From a virus (Duplodnaviria > Caudoviricetes): a stretch of DNA of 31,170 nt. The notes below the pieces were generated by a model. That model did no database searches and had not been told where the DNA came from. It saw nothing but the letters and a program-made list of their open reading frames with translations. Positions 19,348 through 30,005 of the stretch are shown here, piece after piece; the stretch's first letter is position 1; every line of letters begins with the position of its first letter. Location: the IMG/VR virus record IMGVR_UViG_3300038675_000634, positions 1-31,170 of that record. One strand, written 5' to 3'. The position numbers were made by a program, and so were the translations under genes.

Positions 19348-19856
19348 ACTGTAAATACTCCAAACTGTCCCTGTGAATAGATGTCGTCAGGTTCTTCGGT
19401 AGCATTTGACGTAGCGAAACCAAGACATTGATTAGCTAAATCACGGTAGTTGTCAGCGTTAGCTATAATGTCGTCAAACGGGGCAGACCAAATATTGGCA
19501 CCACTTGCAGAGTCACGAGTAGTATTAACTGCTCCTTTGACTAACTTCTTCAATGCAATAGCGAGATAATACAGGCTGAAATACGATTCCGCATAAATCA
19601 GATTACGCAATGACTTTTGCTCGCTTGTAAGAGCATCAAAAGATAGAGCTTCAAAAGCAGCAAAGGTATCAATGTCATAAGCATTGAGTGCCTCAATATA
19701 ATCTGCATAAGCATCTGCTCCTAAATTCTCAAGCATATCGCGTGCTCCATTAGACAGAACTTGTGAATTAATTCTGTCCTGAGCTTGCATAGTAACATTA
19801 GCAAGCAATGTCATTGTATTTTTGATTATAGTTTCGTGGACTATCGGGTCAGCCAT
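19344..19856 (-). CDS. putative head-tail adaptor, 170 aa
   Basis: Helical acidic protein downstream of the capsid; synteny only. Confidence 0.55.
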   Translation of the reverse strand: MADPIVHETIIKNTMTLLANVTMQAQDRINSQVLSNGARDMLENLGADAYADYIEALNAYDIDTFAAFEALSFDALTSEQKSLRNLIYAESYFSLYYLAIALKKLVKGAVNTTRDSASGANIWSAPFDDIIANADNYRDLANQCLGFATSNATEEPDDIYSQGQFGVFTV

Positions 19857-19866
19857 TTATTATCTC

Positions 19867-20115
19867 TCATTTACTAAGAATAACATAAGAGCCTTTCGGA
19901 AATTTCTTTAGTTCATCTTCTGGAATGCCATAGCGGATATGAGCAGTATATTTACCGAACGAGTCCTTCATATATACTCTAACTATCTTTTGAGGCACTA
20001 CCGCTTCCGGAACAATCTTCCGCTTAACAACTTCAGTTTCTTTAACTTTAGCTGAAACTGTTTTCGGTTTAGAAACCTTTGGCTCTTGCGTAACTTTACT
20101 GTTCTTGCTATTCAT
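19867..20115 (-). CDS. small Lys-rich hypothetical head-region protein, 82 aa
   Basis: Co-oriented, fills the gap after the capsid gene, GGCGGTG SD-like. Confidence 0.6.
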   Translation of the reverse strand: MNSKNSKVTQEPKVSKPKTVSAKVKETEVVKRKIVPEAVVPQKIVRVYMKDSFGKYTAHIRYGIPEDELKKFPKGSYVILSK

Positions 20116-20132
20116 TATTCACCGCCCAATCA

Positions 20133-21689
20133 TTAAGAAATTGTCAGAGAACAGGCAATACAATCTGATGCAACCATATTAGGATGATAGGCACGCAGAT
20201 AAATCACATCAGTTGCGGCCAGAGTGAAGTAACCATTTTCTGGAATAATATCTCCAACAGCCAAGGCTTCATCTAATGTATCATAAGAAGCACCAGATAA
20301 GTTAGTTGTAGAACGAACAACAATAGCACCTTCGTTAGGGCAACAGACATGCCATTTGGTTGTAGAACTACCAGCCTGAGTATAAGCATTTACACCACTT
20401 TGAGTATAACCATTAACTCCATTTTTGGAATCATCATCTGATAACAAAATCGGGTCAGATACCTTAGCATTCTTGAACGCAATCACGAAGCTTTCGGGCT
20501 TTGAAGCCTGGAAGTCCAGATACATGTCATAAGTATACTCAAATGACGGGCCTCGGTCGGCACGAGGATTGTATGCCAAATTCTTGCGATATGTCAAGCT
20601 GTCGGTAGCAATATCAAGATTCTTGAGGTCACCAAAAACAATTGAACCATACAAGGTTGAATCAGATTCATGAGTTTCATTGATACTAATCCAACCGGGC
20701 ATAGCAATCAGGCGATATCCCATAAAATTGGGAGCTTGACCAGTAGTCAGGATGCCTTCTTTTACAGGATTTGATGGATTAGCAATATCTGAACGAGAAT
20801 CTATATATAAGTCATAGTCCATTTGAGACATCATCCATACATTATTAGGATTATCCCGATATTTGCGAGGCATGGCTTTATACATTTTACGCATAGTAGC
20901 AAGCAGGTTGGCGGCAGTGTAATCTGTCCCAGTTGCGCCGGCGGCATCAACTTTTTGAGGAGTTAAACAGCGACCAAGAAAGCCTTTTATCTTAATATCG
21001 CCATAAGTGTTAGTGTTCACTCCATCAGCAATCTGAAGCATTTTATTGAACCCGAGATTCAGGTCATAGAAATCTTCGGTGCTGGCATAGTTTCCACCCA
21101 GACCATTCAGAGCAAGCAACAGGATGTCATTACCAAGAGCGATTGCTACATCATCAATAACACTCTGTTCCCATCCAGGATTATATAGATTATCAATAAC
21201 AGACTGCAAAGGAATATCTTTCTGAAGCTGAACATGTTTCAGAAATAAGTTCACGCCGAAATTATGAACAATCCGGCGGTTAATAACACTAACTGTGCCA
21301 CCATTCTGCTCATTAGAAATCAGGTTCTTCTGAGTAATAGCAGTTCCTTCAACAGGTGTAACCAGCTTCTTAACAATGCGGGTATTAAATAAAGACAGAT
21401 AAGGATTGGTATCATAGATATACCGAATAGCAATTTCTGCTTCTTCTTCGCTCAGGGAACGCCCGCGGGTAAAGTCAAGAGTAATTTCATCCAATTCACT
21501 CTTCTGAAGCAGCACGCCTGTCGGGTCAGCAATTTGATAACCGCAATACTTATCAAGCAGGTAGGCAGCCATTCCACTAATTTCTTTTTTAGGTTTTTCG
21601 GGAACAGATACACTTTTTTCCAGGGTGTTTTTGAACATAGTAACAAGAGCAAGAACGTCTTGTGTATCAATAGTAATTTCATTAGGCAT
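20133..21689 (-). CDS. major capsid protein (HK97-type fold) with C-terminal Ig-like extension, 518 aa
   Basis: Follows the protease. Segments ALGNDILLLALNG, GFNK, MYKAMPRKYR, FMGYRL and IVFGDLKNL are typical of capsid proteins; about 110 extra C-terminal residues; GGAG SD. Confidence 0.88.
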   Translation of the reverse strand: MPNEITIDTQDVLALVTMFKNTLEKSVSVPEKPKKEISGMAAYLLDKYCGYQIADPTGVLLQKSELDEITLDFTRGRSLSEEEAEIAIRYIYDTNPYLSLFNTRIVKKLVTPVEGTAITQKNLISNEQNGGTVSVINRRIVHNFGVNLFLKHVQLQKDIPLQSVIDNLYNPGWEQSVIDDVAIALGNDILLLALNGLGGNYASTEDFYDLNLGFNKMLQIADGVNTNTYGDIKIKGFLGRCLTPQKVDAAGATGTDYTAANLLATMRKMYKAMPRKYRDNPNNVWMMSQMDYDLYIDSRSDIANPSNPVKEGILTTGQAPNFMGYRLIAMPGWISINETHESDSTLYGSIVFGDLKNLDIATDSLTYRKNLAYNPRADRGPSFEYTYDMYLDFQASKPESFVIAFKNAKVSDPILLSDDDSKNGVNGYTQSGVNAYTQAGSSTTKWHVCCPNEGAIVVRSTTNLSGASYDTLDEALAVGDIIPENGYFTLAATDVIYLRAYHPNMVASDCIACSLTIS

Positions 21690-21700
21690 TTGATATTCTC

Positions 21701-22855
21701 CTATACAAGACCTTTCCCGTGTATTTGTACCTTTTGTACTCTATCTTGAGCAGGCACAGAAACAGCAGAATCAGTCCTTTTTTCGTTGAGTTTTTCGTTA
21801 GTTTCTTGGACAGATTTAGTTAGCTCGGCAATCTTGCCATTAAACTTATCTTCCATTGATTTGATAGATTTTAAGAATTCATCACCTATACTCTTAACAA
21901 CTTCCTCTATAGTAGATTTATCTTTATTGTTTTCGGGCATAGGTTCTTCTTCTACATTTTTAGCAGGAATTTCTTCAGGAATAGCCTTTTCTACGGGCTT
22001 AGATTCAGGAATAGGATTTTCAGTTTCCTGTTCTTTAGGTTCTTCCTTTTTTGGTTCCTCGGGCTTGGGTTCTTCGGGAACTTCAGGCATTGGATTGCTC
22101 TTTGCAATAGAAGAAATCTTTTTATCAATATATTCCGCAGCTGACTTCAGTGAAGCTGATAGAGCAGTAAGCTGTTCTTCGTTCGCTGAATCCCACGAAA
22201 TATTATTAAGAAAATCTTCTTGCATAATATCCATGATAAAGAAGGGATTGCTGGACATCTTTTTAAGAGTCTCAGCCATCACTTCATCAAAGTTTTTAGA
22301 CAATCCAATGGTTTCAAGCATCTTTTTGACCCATGATTTCATTGTTGGTTCTCCTTTGCTCATCTGTGTTTCTCGGGAAATACCAAACATTGAGTAACCT
22401 GTTATATCGCCAGCTTTCCAAGCATCCCATATTTCGTCACTGGCTTTAGTAACCAAAACCCAACTACCAGCTTTGATTTCATTTCCACCAATGCTCAGGT
22501 TAATGGGGGCGATATAACTTTCCACAACTATGCCTGCTCCCGCAAGCAGGTTATGTTCAGTATCAATGTTACGGTAATACTGCAAGAATTCATGAGCAGT
22601 TTTTTCAATTTCATCTTTTGTCATAAAGTCGCCATAAGTATCCTCGCAGTCAGGCTCATATACAATACCATACAGGAGTTTTTTTTCAGAACTCTCGTCC
22701 TGCTTTGCAATGAACTTAACAGGAAACTCTATCTCGGCTTTATCACAAACTGATTTAGCAAGGAAGAATTGCTTCTTATTAGCACCACGCCTTACATATG
22801 ATACGTGGGTAATAGTAACATCTTTAAGCATTCGTTTCTTTTCTACCTTTGCCAT
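21701..22855 (-). CDS. XkdF-like prohead serine protease fused to scaffold, 384 aa
   Basis: VSYVRRGANKKQF, LYGIVYEPD..D..GD, IDTEH, VVESYIAP, GSWV and GDITGYSM motifs, then a PEEPK-rich linker and coiled coil. Confidence 0.88.
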   Translation of the reverse strand: MAKVEKKRMLKDVTITHVSYVRRGANKKQFFLAKSVCDKAEIEFPVKFIAKQDESSEKKLLYGIVYEPDCEDTYGDFMTKDEIEKTAHEFLQYYRNIDTEHNLLAGAGIVVESYIAPINLSIGGNEIKAGSWVLVTKASDEIWDAWKAGDITGYSMFGISRETQMSKGEPTMKSWVKKMLETIGLSKNFDEVMAETLKKMSSNPFFIMDIMQEDFLNNISWDSANEEQLTALSASLKSAAEYIDKKISSIAKSNPMPEVPEEPKPEEPKKEEPKEQETENPIPESKPVEKAIPEEIPAKNVEEEPMPENNKDKSTIEEVVKSIGDEFLKSIKSMEDKFNGKIAELTKSVQETNEKLNEKRTDSAVSVPAQDRVQKVQIHGKGLV

Positions 22856-22864
22856 TTTACACCT

Positions 22865-24346
22865 CTATAATCTTGTTATGCTTTCATCATTGTTTTTATT
22901 AGGGTCAAGATTGTTGGTAGCTTCCCCGTCTCCAATTCCTAAATCTGATTTATCATTTGTATGTAGTTCGCCTTCCACCGTAGGTTCAACTTTAAGATTT
23001 CCCATTTCTTCTGTTTGTGTTTCATCTTCAGGAGTAGTAATAAGGTCTATCGGTTTCAGGTGCAAAAATATTTGACGAATTTCATTTATAGATAAAACAC
23101 GATTGCCATACTTATCCATCATATTGAAATACAGATTGGCAATAATTGCATCATCTTTCTCATTAGAGATATTCATTCCCTTAAGGTCAAATTCGCAGTT
23201 TACTCCAAACTCCAATTCCAGGAACTTATTTATAAACTCCACAAGAACATTCTGCTCGGGTCGGGATACGGTCTCCATAAATAACTTAAGGTCTGTAATA
23301 CCTGCCGAACCTCCACCAAAATTGCCACCTGTAGATAAACCAAGCAATTTAGGATGAACACGACATTTAAGTGCAATCTTAAATTGTATCTTATCATTAA
23401 GAGTGATAAACTGCTCATCTATAGATTTTGAAAGCGGAATGAGCTTGATTGTGGCTTTTTCGTTTGGAACACTCAGGAATAGCATTTTATGTGAATTAGC
23501 AACACCTTTTAGGTTATTTTCAATAAACTGTTTAATCTTATCGTATGACTTTTTTGAAAGCTTGCCTCCAGTAATTAAAACAGCCCATGCAGGCTGACCA
23601 CCATTAGAAAAGAAATTGATATTATACTGGTCTGTTAGATATGATTGTTTGATAAGGTCAAAGAGATGTGCCGTATCAGGCTTGCCATAATACATATTTT
23701 CCTGCGAAGGTCTCTTTAGGTGCAGGCAATAATGAATACCATCTTTCGTTTTCGTGGAAACAGGATATGGCTCAAATTGGATAGGAATATCAATGTTTTC
23801 TGGAATATAAAGATACTTATCTATATCACGGAGAGTAGCACCCTGACTATTTATCTTTGGCTTGATATACATATCTTTGGCGGGCAGGTAATAGATAGAC
23901 CTTATTTTGCCGCTTTTAACAAACTCAAGATATGCATTATCAAACAACTCTAAGTCCGTATATATATTTTTTAGAATAGATGTGAAAGTATCGCTAAAGT
24001 TTCGGTTCGGTGTATGAAAAAAATCTATAATATCTTTTCTTTTATCAATATCCTTATATCCAAACGAATATCCTAATCCAATTGTAGTATCTACCTTAAT
24101 ACTAATGCAGGTTTGATAGGTAGCATCCAATGCCTTATATGCTAAAATTTGAGCAGGATTATATGGAGGTAGAATGCAACCATGTTTACGAACAGTATTA
24201 GCATCAGCAATCTTTATTGAACTTTTAGGAAGTCCTATTGATTTTGATATTGGCGCAAAGAATATTTCTTCTGTGCCTTCCATCTCGGTTTCAATAGTAT
24301 CATCGCCAATCGGCTTTTCCATCATAATTTTAATGTCATCATTCAA
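22865..24346 (-). CDS. portal protein (PBSX-like), 493 aa
   Basis: Between terL and the protease; DNAYLE, YYGKPD, FFSNGGQP, RVHPKLLG and LSINEIRQ motifs. Confidence 0.92.
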   Translation of the reverse strand: MNDDIKIMMEKPIGDDTIETEMEGTEEIFFAPISKSIGLPKSSIKIADANTVRKHGCILPPYNPAQILAYKALDATYQTCISIKVDTTIGLGYSFGYKDIDKRKDIIDFFHTPNRNFSDTFTSILKNIYTDLELFDNAYLEFVKSGKIRSIYYLPAKDMYIKPKINSQGATLRDIDKYLYIPENIDIPIQFEPYPVSTKTKDGIHYCLHLKRPSQENMYYGKPDTAHLFDLIKQSYLTDQYNINFFSNGGQPAWAVLITGGKLSKKSYDKIKQFIENNLKGVANSHKMLFLSVPNEKATIKLIPLSKSIDEQFITLNDKIQFKIALKCRVHPKLLGLSTGGNFGGGSAGITDLKLFMETVSRPEQNVLVEFINKFLELEFGVNCEFDLKGMNISNEKDDAIIANLYFNMMDKYGNRVLSINEIRQIFLHLKPIDLITTPEDETQTEEMGNLKVEPTVEGELHTNDKSDLGIGDGEATNNLDPNKNNDESITRL

Positions 24347-24357
24347 TTTAAATTCTC

Positions 24358-25926
24358 CTAAAAGATTTCAACTTCTGAGTCATTGTCTTCAATTTCTAAT
24401 TCATCCTTATTATCACTATCTTGAATGTCAAGTATTTTATTTTCATAGTTATTTTTTAATTCAGAATCTAAGGTATCAATATCTACATCAGAATAATCGG
24501 ACATTAGAGAAAGCAAACCTGCCATTGAGTCGGGAGCGTCATCTTTACCAAATTTATATTTGCCATAATTAGAAAGATTAGACATAAATTTTTTGTAATG
24601 TGAATCCTGCTCATCATCTTCTAAAAAGTAACAATCACTTTTTATTTCTCCTAATCTTAACATAATTCTTATTTCTTTGTTTGATGATGTTGACCTGCAA
24701 TCAAGTTCAAGCCCCAGATATTCAAATAAAGCCTGATGATTTCTCTGTAGATTGGTGGCAAATTCTATACCGCCAGCATTGCTTTCAAATACCATCTCAT
24801 CAGGCTTAAAGTAAGCTATTTTTTCTAATAGTGGCTTTTCTAATGTTATACTGTCATCATTAGAAAATATAACTCCCACAATATATTTACGAGACCCATA
24901 TCTAAAACAGAACGGAGCAGACATATAATCCGAACCTTTATTTGCATAATCACACCATGCTACAACTTCATCTGGCTCTCCTAATTCCTCAAGGTCTTTC
25001 ATTCTAAATCTCTTCAAGTCCTCAAGATTAAGTTTAGCAAATACTTTATCCATAGGCTTACCTTGATATAATGCCTGAAACATCCAATCAAGTCCCTTGC
25101 GTTCCCATGAATTCTTTATTGTAAGCAATTTCTCTGTTGAAATCATAGCTTCACAAATACTTTTGCCCGTCTCTTCGTTTAACGCTGGAAAAATAAACTT
25201 ATGCCAGCTCGGGTCATCTTCTCGCAAGCCAATTGGGTCTTTACTGCACCAGCGTGTCTGAATAATAATTTCTGCACAATCTGAATTAGTATCTATACGA
25301 GTACTATGAACCGTTTCTATAAATAAATCCAGCTTTTCAAGATAGCTTTCAGAAAGAGCTTCTTCAGGGTCTTTAATTGGGTCATCCAATATTGCGGCTT
25401 TATTACAACCACGCCCTGTAATTGTGCCTTTTATGCCTGCACCAAAATAAGTAATAATTGTAGTGCCATCCAATTGCCAGGCCATTTTAGATGAAGCCCG
25501 CGGGTCTACTTTAACAGCAGGAAAAACCTCCTTATATTCCTCAAGATTAATAATATCTAATACAGCTTTAGATAAGTCCATAGCTAGATTATCATTATAG
25601 CAATTTCGCATAAACGAGCCATCTGAGTCATAACCAAGTGACCAGGCAATCCAAATATTTGTAGTTCTACTCTTTCCTGCACGAGGGAAAAACGAGATTA
25701 AAACCTTGCGTAACTCACCGATAGTAACTTTCCGAAAAATTTCTGTAAGTTCTATTAACGGTTTCTTATCATCGGTATAAAAATCTGGATATAGATACTG
25801 ACAAAATTTCCATAACCCAAGTTCTGAGTAAGGAGAAAACTCGGCCTGCTTTTGGTCGCATTTTATCTTGCGCCTGCGTTCTTTTTCAAGTATAAATTCT
25901 TCTCTGGTAAACTCAAGTTGAGCCAT
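24358..25926 (-). CDS. terL: terminase large subunit, 522 aa
   Basis: Walker A PRAGKS, ITGRG, Walker B ILDDP, IQTRW, ALYQG.P, nuclease D.A..G.DY, ESN.GG, DDAPDS. Confidence 0.95.
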   Translation of the reverse strand: MAQLEFTREEFILEKERRRKIKCDQKQAEFSPYSELGLWKFCQYLYPDFYTDDKKPLIELTEIFRKVTIGELRKVLISFFPRAGKSRTTNIWIAWSLGYDSDGSFMRNCYNDNLAMDLSKAVLDIINLEEYKEVFPAVKVDPRASSKMAWQLDGTTIITYFGAGIKGTITGRGCNKAAILDDPIKDPEEALSESYLEKLDLFIETVHSTRIDTNSDCAEIIIQTRWCSKDPIGLREDDPSWHKFIFPALNEETGKSICEAMISTEKLLTIKNSWERKGLDWMFQALYQGKPMDKVFAKLNLEDLKRFRMKDLEELGEPDEVVAWCDYANKGSDYMSAPFCFRYGSRKYIVGVIFSNDDSITLEKPLLEKIAYFKPDEMVFESNAGGIEFATNLQRNHQALFEYLGLELDCRSTSSNKEIRIMLRLGEIKSDCYFLEDDEQDSHYKKFMSNLSNYGKYKFGKDDAPDSMAGLLSLMSDYSDVDIDTLDSELKNNYENKILDIQDSDNKDELEIEDNDSEVEIF

Positions 25927-26530
25927 TTTCTGTTGTTTCCAAATCTACATCTATCATTTTTACACCGCCATGAGATACCTGATAATCTATTTCCTGCAAA
26001 TCTTCATCTGAAAGGTCTTGCAAGTTTTTTTTCTGCTGTCCAATAATCTCAAGCTTTAATAGCATTTCATGTGAGCCTTCTGCGCCAGAAATTTTATGAA
26101 GCACTTCTACAATCTTTGTGATATCGGAAATCTTGACATGCTTATTTAGATTAAATGGCTTATTATTATTTATTGCTTCCTGTTGGTCTTTATCAATCTG
26201 GTCAAGTTGCCTGTTAATTACCTTAAATGCTTTCAGTCCTATATTATTTAATACTTTTACAAAGGTTTTTACGGCGGCTTTAGCTTCTGTTATTGCCACA
26301 TCTTCCTGGATTTGCTGCTTTCTATCTATATGAGACTGCCTTTGCTCTATCCATGTCTTGCCTTTATTTATAGGGTCTGAAATATCATTTGCTTTTGCAA
26401 TAAGAAGTGGTTTTGAAATATTATATCTTTTTGATAATTCATCAAAGGACGGATAATCTGTCCCAAGAACATAGTCGCCTCTAATCTTATCCCAGTTAAT
26501 CTCTTTGTAGTTAGACATTTTACTTTCCAA
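25913..26530 (-). CDS. terS: terminase small subunit, ~200 aa
   Basis: N-terminal HTH ([10 protein letters not shown]...[12 protein letters not shown]), overlap with terL, C-terminal LQDLSDEDL. The start could be the second Met. Confidence 0.75.
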   Translation of the reverse strand: MESKMSNYKEINWDKIRGDYVLGTDYPSFDELSKRYNISKPLLIAKANDISDPINKGKTWIEQRQSHIDRKQQIQEDVAITEAKAAVKTFVKVLNNIGLKAFKVINRQLDQIDKDQQEAINNNKPFNLNKHVKISDITKIVEVLHKISGAEGSHEMLLKLEIIGQQKKNLQDLSDEDLQEIDYQVSHGGVKMIDVDLETTENGST

Positions 26531-27086
26531 ACAGCCTTAAAGCTTCCTGGCGAACTTCATTTTCCGTAAAAATGCCCCTGATAGCACTGGTAACCATTAT
26601 TGAGTTTTGTTTCTCTACACCACGACTGGTCATACAAAAATGTTGAGCCTCACAAACTACCATCACTCCTTTCGGAGAAAGCAATTCCATAATACCATCT
26701 GCAATTTGAGCAACCAATCTCTCCTGAATTTGAAGCCGCCTGGCAAAAATCTCTGTAATACGTGCCAGTTTTGAAATACCTATCACCTTACCATCTGGAA
26801 TATAAGCTATATGTATTTTACCAAAAAAAGGCAGGAAATGATGTTCGCAGGTTGAATAAAACTCAATATCTTTTAATATAACCATCTCATCACATGCACC
26901 ATCCTTAAATACTTGAGCAACATCCTGCAGGCTTTTCTTATACCCGCCAAACAACTTATCCCAGGATTTTATTATTCGTCTGGGAGTATCTTTTAATCCT
27001 TCTCTATTTGGGTCGTCTCCAATATAAGATAGTATTTCTCTTATTGAACTTTCAATAGTTTGTGTATTTGTATAGACAGTTTCCAT
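26520..27086 (-). CDS. folE: GTP cyclohydrolase I
   Basis: [37 protein letters not shown]. Confidence 0.97.
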   Translation of the reverse strand: METVYTNTQTIESSIREILSYIGDDPNREGLKDTPRRIIKSWDKLFGGYKKSLQDVAQVFKDGACDEMVILKDIEFYSTCEHHFLPFFGKIHIAYIPDGKVIGISKLARITEIFARRLQIQERLVAQIADGIMELLSPKGVMVVCEAQHFCMTSRGVEKQNSIMVTSAIRGIFTENEVRQEALRLFGK

Positions 27087-27622
27087 TTAGGGTTCTCCTT
27101 TATAAATTTCAGGCAGTAGTTTACATTATCCCAATTTATCTCTAAATCGTTAAAAACAGGACTCAGGTAATAGTTATTGGCAGGCGGCAATAAATCAATA
27201 TCAGGCATTGGGTCTCCTGCAGATATAGCATAACGAATTTCATCAACAAAACCAAAGTTTTTCCTGACTTCCTTTTCCGGAACTTTAGGACTTACGGAGA
27301 TATAGTTAATAAGCTCGGAGACCTTTTTTGTGCCATTAGTCTCAATACAATTCTTATACTCAAGAAAGTATTCCAAGATATCATCCGTCAATTGAAGAGT
27401 AGGTTCTCCACCAGTCCAGACGATAGTAGTAGAGTTAAACTTACGAACTTCTGCCAGAACTTCCCTAACAGACATTTCAGTGCCTTCATCCCACTTCGTA
27501 TCACAGAACGGGCAGTTTTTATTGCAGCCAGCCAGCCGTATAAATACGCAACTAAGACCAGAATTAGCACCCTCTCCCTGTATTGACTGAAATATCTCAA
27601 CGACTTTTAATATCTGGTTCAT
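27041..27622 (-). CDS. queE: 7-carboxy-7-deazaguanine synthase (radical SAM)
   Basis: [20 protein letters not shown] (CxxxCxxC), [19 protein letters not shown]. Confidence 0.96.
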   Translation of the reverse strand: MNQILKVVEIFQSIQGEGANSGLSCVFIRLAGCNKNCPFCDTKWDEGTEMSVREVLAEVRKFNSTTIVWTGGEPTLQLTDDILEYFLEYKNCIETNGTKKVSELINYISVSPKVPEKEVRKNFGFVDEIRYAISAGDPMPDIDLLPPANNYYLSPVFNDLEINWDNVNYCLKFIKENPKWKLSIQIHKLLKVQ

Positions 27623-27962
27623 AATAACATCTCGTCTTTGAAGTTTCGCTTAAAGCAACAGCAGATAGCTCAGGAAATTGTTCCTTAAACATCCAATATA
27701 TCTTCTCTGCCATATTTTCAACAGTAGGATTGAAATCAAATACATCATTGAGATGCCGATGGTCAAGGGCATGGTCAACAAAATCTTTTATCGGTTGAAG
27801 CTTGCGATAATCAATGACAAAGCCAATCTCATCAACTTTGCCTGTCAGATATACCGTTAAAACATAATTATGTCCATGCATTCTCCCGCAAGGATGATTC
27901 TTTGGCAATCCTTTAAGAATATGGCTTGCCGAGAAATGGAACTCTTTACTTATTGTATGCAT
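27597..27962 (-). CDS. queD: 6-carboxy-5,6,7,8-tetrahydropterin synthase
   Basis: F.ASH, CGRMHGHNY, LDHRHLN, PTVENMA, ET motifs. Confidence 0.96.
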   Translation of the reverse strand: MHTISKEFHFSASHILKGLPKNHPCGRMHGHNYVLTVYLTGKVDEIGFVIDYRKLQPIKDFVDHALDHRHLNDVFDFNPTVENMAEKIYWMFKEQFPELSAVALSETSKTRCYYEPDIKSR

Positions 27963-28487
27963 TTATTTTTCCCATTCGTATCCGCAATTAGGACACTTTA
28001 TCATTGTAGGTTGTTTTTCTTCATCATTTTCTAAAACAGTATTGTCATAATCATCAGGATTGAAATGTATAAGCTTTAGAATATCATCAAGCTGTTCATC
28101 ATCATAAGGCATTGTCATTCTTAGTTCCTCAATTGGATATTCCTGAACAATCTCGTTAATCAGTCCAGACAACAATACTTCATTAGTCTCAAATTTTGTT
28201 TCATTTGTTTCAATAGCAATTCTCTTGGCATCGTTAATACTAATTTTTCCAAGATTAAAACACATAACTTCATCAATGCCAATAAGTTGCATTGCGTCTA
28301 TTCTGTGATTGCCATTAATAACCTCATATTGGTCTTCACCAATTTCTCTCACGATAAGATTTTCAACCTGACCATTGCGCCTGATATTTTCTACAAGCTT
28401 TCTTAATATCATATCATTATCGTTTTTGTAGTTCCAGTCAGCTTTAGTAAGCTGTCCGATTTTAAGACGGATAAATCCTTTATTCAT
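27963..28487 (-). CDS. ParB/Srx N-terminal domain protein with C-terminal CPxCG Zn-knuckle, 174 aa
   Basis: WN...L.ENI.RNG....IVR...YEVINGNHR..A ParB-N signature; KCPNCG at the C-terminus. Confidence 0.85.
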   Translation of the reverse strand: MNKGFIRLKIGQLTKADWNYKNDNDMILRKLVENIRRNGQVENLIVREIGEDQYEVINGNHRIDAMQLIGIDEVMCFNLGKISINDAKRIAIETNETKFETNEVLLSGLINEIVQEYPIEELRMTMPYDDEQLDDILKLIHFNPDDYDNTVLENDEEKQPTMIKCPNCGYEWEK

Positions 28488-29223
28488 AAATAATTCCTTT
28501 TTTAGCCCATAGCTCTGTTATCATTTTTTCTATTTTGACAAGCTCTATAATATAATCTCGTGAGTTGTCAAGAAAATGTTTTGTCTTTTGCTTCATTAAC
28601 CTCATCCTTTTGTCCTTAATTGAACCTGCAATCTTGCCAAAGCGTGCTGCCGCAAGCCAAGAAGTAGAATCAACAGAATACCAAGGATAAGCTTTCAGTT
28701 CGTCAATTCCGGATATTCCAAGCCCATGCACTTTTGTTTTGCCAAGACACTTGTTAAAAACATATCCATAAATCTGTTTCTTATATCTAGCAGCATTTCT
28801 ATTGCCCGCAATACCCCCGATTGAGATATACGGATACTGTTCTATAAATAAATCTAACACATATCTCATAGAAACATCTATATATTCCTCAAGATGATAT
28901 ACTGGGATAATATAGCAATCTGTATTCTCTACCAGAAGCTTGTGATTCATTTGAGATTCCCGAAAGTTCATAGTATCTAAATTAAAAGCAGTTTTAATAC
29001 CAAACTTGTTAATATAGTTAATATAATCGGTTATTTTTATAGTTTTTCCATGAGTTCTTGCCGTATAACCACCACTATCAAGCAGATAATCAAACATTTT
29101 TGGTGAATTACTTGCCCTATTTTTTAAGTAAAAAAAGCTTTCAAGACGGTGAGTTACTCCATTTTCTAATAGAATTTTATTATATCTATCTTCACCATCC
29201 GAGCCCGCAAAAAACAATTTCAT
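28480..29223 (-). CDS. dpdA: phage DpdA-like 7-deazaguanine DNA transglycosylase (TGT fold), 247 aa
   Basis: LLDSGGY, NLD, IPVYH, ISIGG, VHGLG and SVDSTSW TGT-type motifs. No TGT Zn-binding cysteine cluster. Embedded in the preQ0 cluster. Confidence 0.85.
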   Translation of the reverse strand: MKLFFAGSDGEDRYNKILLENGVTHRLESFFYLKNRASNSPKMFDYLLDSGGYTARTHGKTIKITDYINYINKFGIKTAFNLDTMNFRESQMNHKLLVENTDCYIIPVYHLEEYIDVSMRYVLDLFIEQYPYISIGGIAGNRNAARYKKQIYGYVFNKCLGKTKVHGLGISGIDELKAYPWYSVDSTSWLAAARFGKIAGSIKDKRMRLMKQKTKHFLDNSRDYIIELVKIEKMITELWAKKGIIYE

Positions 29224-30005
29224 TTGTATAAATGAGGAAAAACTTCTGCTAAAATATTTTGGTTAATACTTTGCTCAAGTAGAGAAGCCACCATCATATC
29301 GGTAGGAGTTTCCCAATCCCAGCGTTCTTTTTGCGGAGATAAGTGAAAAGATATAACATCTTTCGCCACTAATCCACGACCTTTTTTGCTTGAAATACTT
29401 GTAGAAATAATTACATCTTCGCCCGCAAGAGATACTTTACTCATTTTTTTAAGCAATTTATAGTTAATTTCCTTAATAAACTCTCCTTTATACAAAATAA
29501 TAGCACTATCTCCGAAGTATGTTTCTTTATTTATAGATAGATAATTATTGCCAACATTTATATCGTTGTTATATATTCTATCTGCATCACACTCAATTTT
29601 TATTCCCTGAATAAAAGGATAGTTAGATAATTTAATATGTCTACATAAATTCTGAATGGCAGTTGGCATTAGTAATATATCATCATCAAGACATAATACA
29701 TAATCAGGATTACCATTCAATAATTCAAATAACTTTATACGAGCATTAACAACGCCTTCAGACTTATGTTCCCGAATATATTGACATCGTATTCCAATCT
29801 TGCTAAGAGCATTGATAATTTGAAAGAACTGATAGTTTCTATAAGCAGGAATACTACCTTCGTCTCTTATAATAATATCAATATCATATCCAGTTGGCAA
29901 GGAAGAAGTCAGGACAGATGTCAGGCATTTATCTATTGTAAACCTATCCTTGCTATTACAACAAGTGGGTATCAGGATAGTTATTCGTTTCTTTTTAGTT
30001 TTCAT
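29220..30005 (-). CDS. GT-A fold (family 2-like) glycosyltransferase, ~261 aa
   Basis: ITILIPT...CLTSV...IIIRDEGS...GVVNAR...YVLCLDDD...GEDV...H. Start reassigned to ATG 30005, giving an 11 nt overlap with queC. Confidence 0.85.
   Translation of the reverse strand: MKTKKKRITILIPTCCNSKDRFTIDKCLTSVLTSSLPTGYDIDIIIRDEGSIPAYRNYQFFQIINALSKIGIRCQYIREHKSEGVVNARIKLFELLNGNPDYVLCLDDDILLMPTAIQNLCRHIKLSNYPFIQGIKIECDADRIYNNDINVGNNYLSINKETYFGDSAIILYKGEFIKEINYKLLKKMSKVSLAGEDVIISTSISSKKGRGLVAKDVISFHLSPQKERWDWETPTDMMVASLLEQSINQNILAEVFPHLYK

Noticed and set aside
22030-22090. Short GGTTCTTC-like repeats
   Set aside because: They encode the EEPK low-complexity linker of the scaffold.
28480-29223. Host-type tRNA-guanine transglycosylase for queuosine tRNA modification
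   Set aside because: It is too short, lacks the Zn-binding motif, and has no queA, queF or tRNA genes in the window. The context fits phage DpdA.
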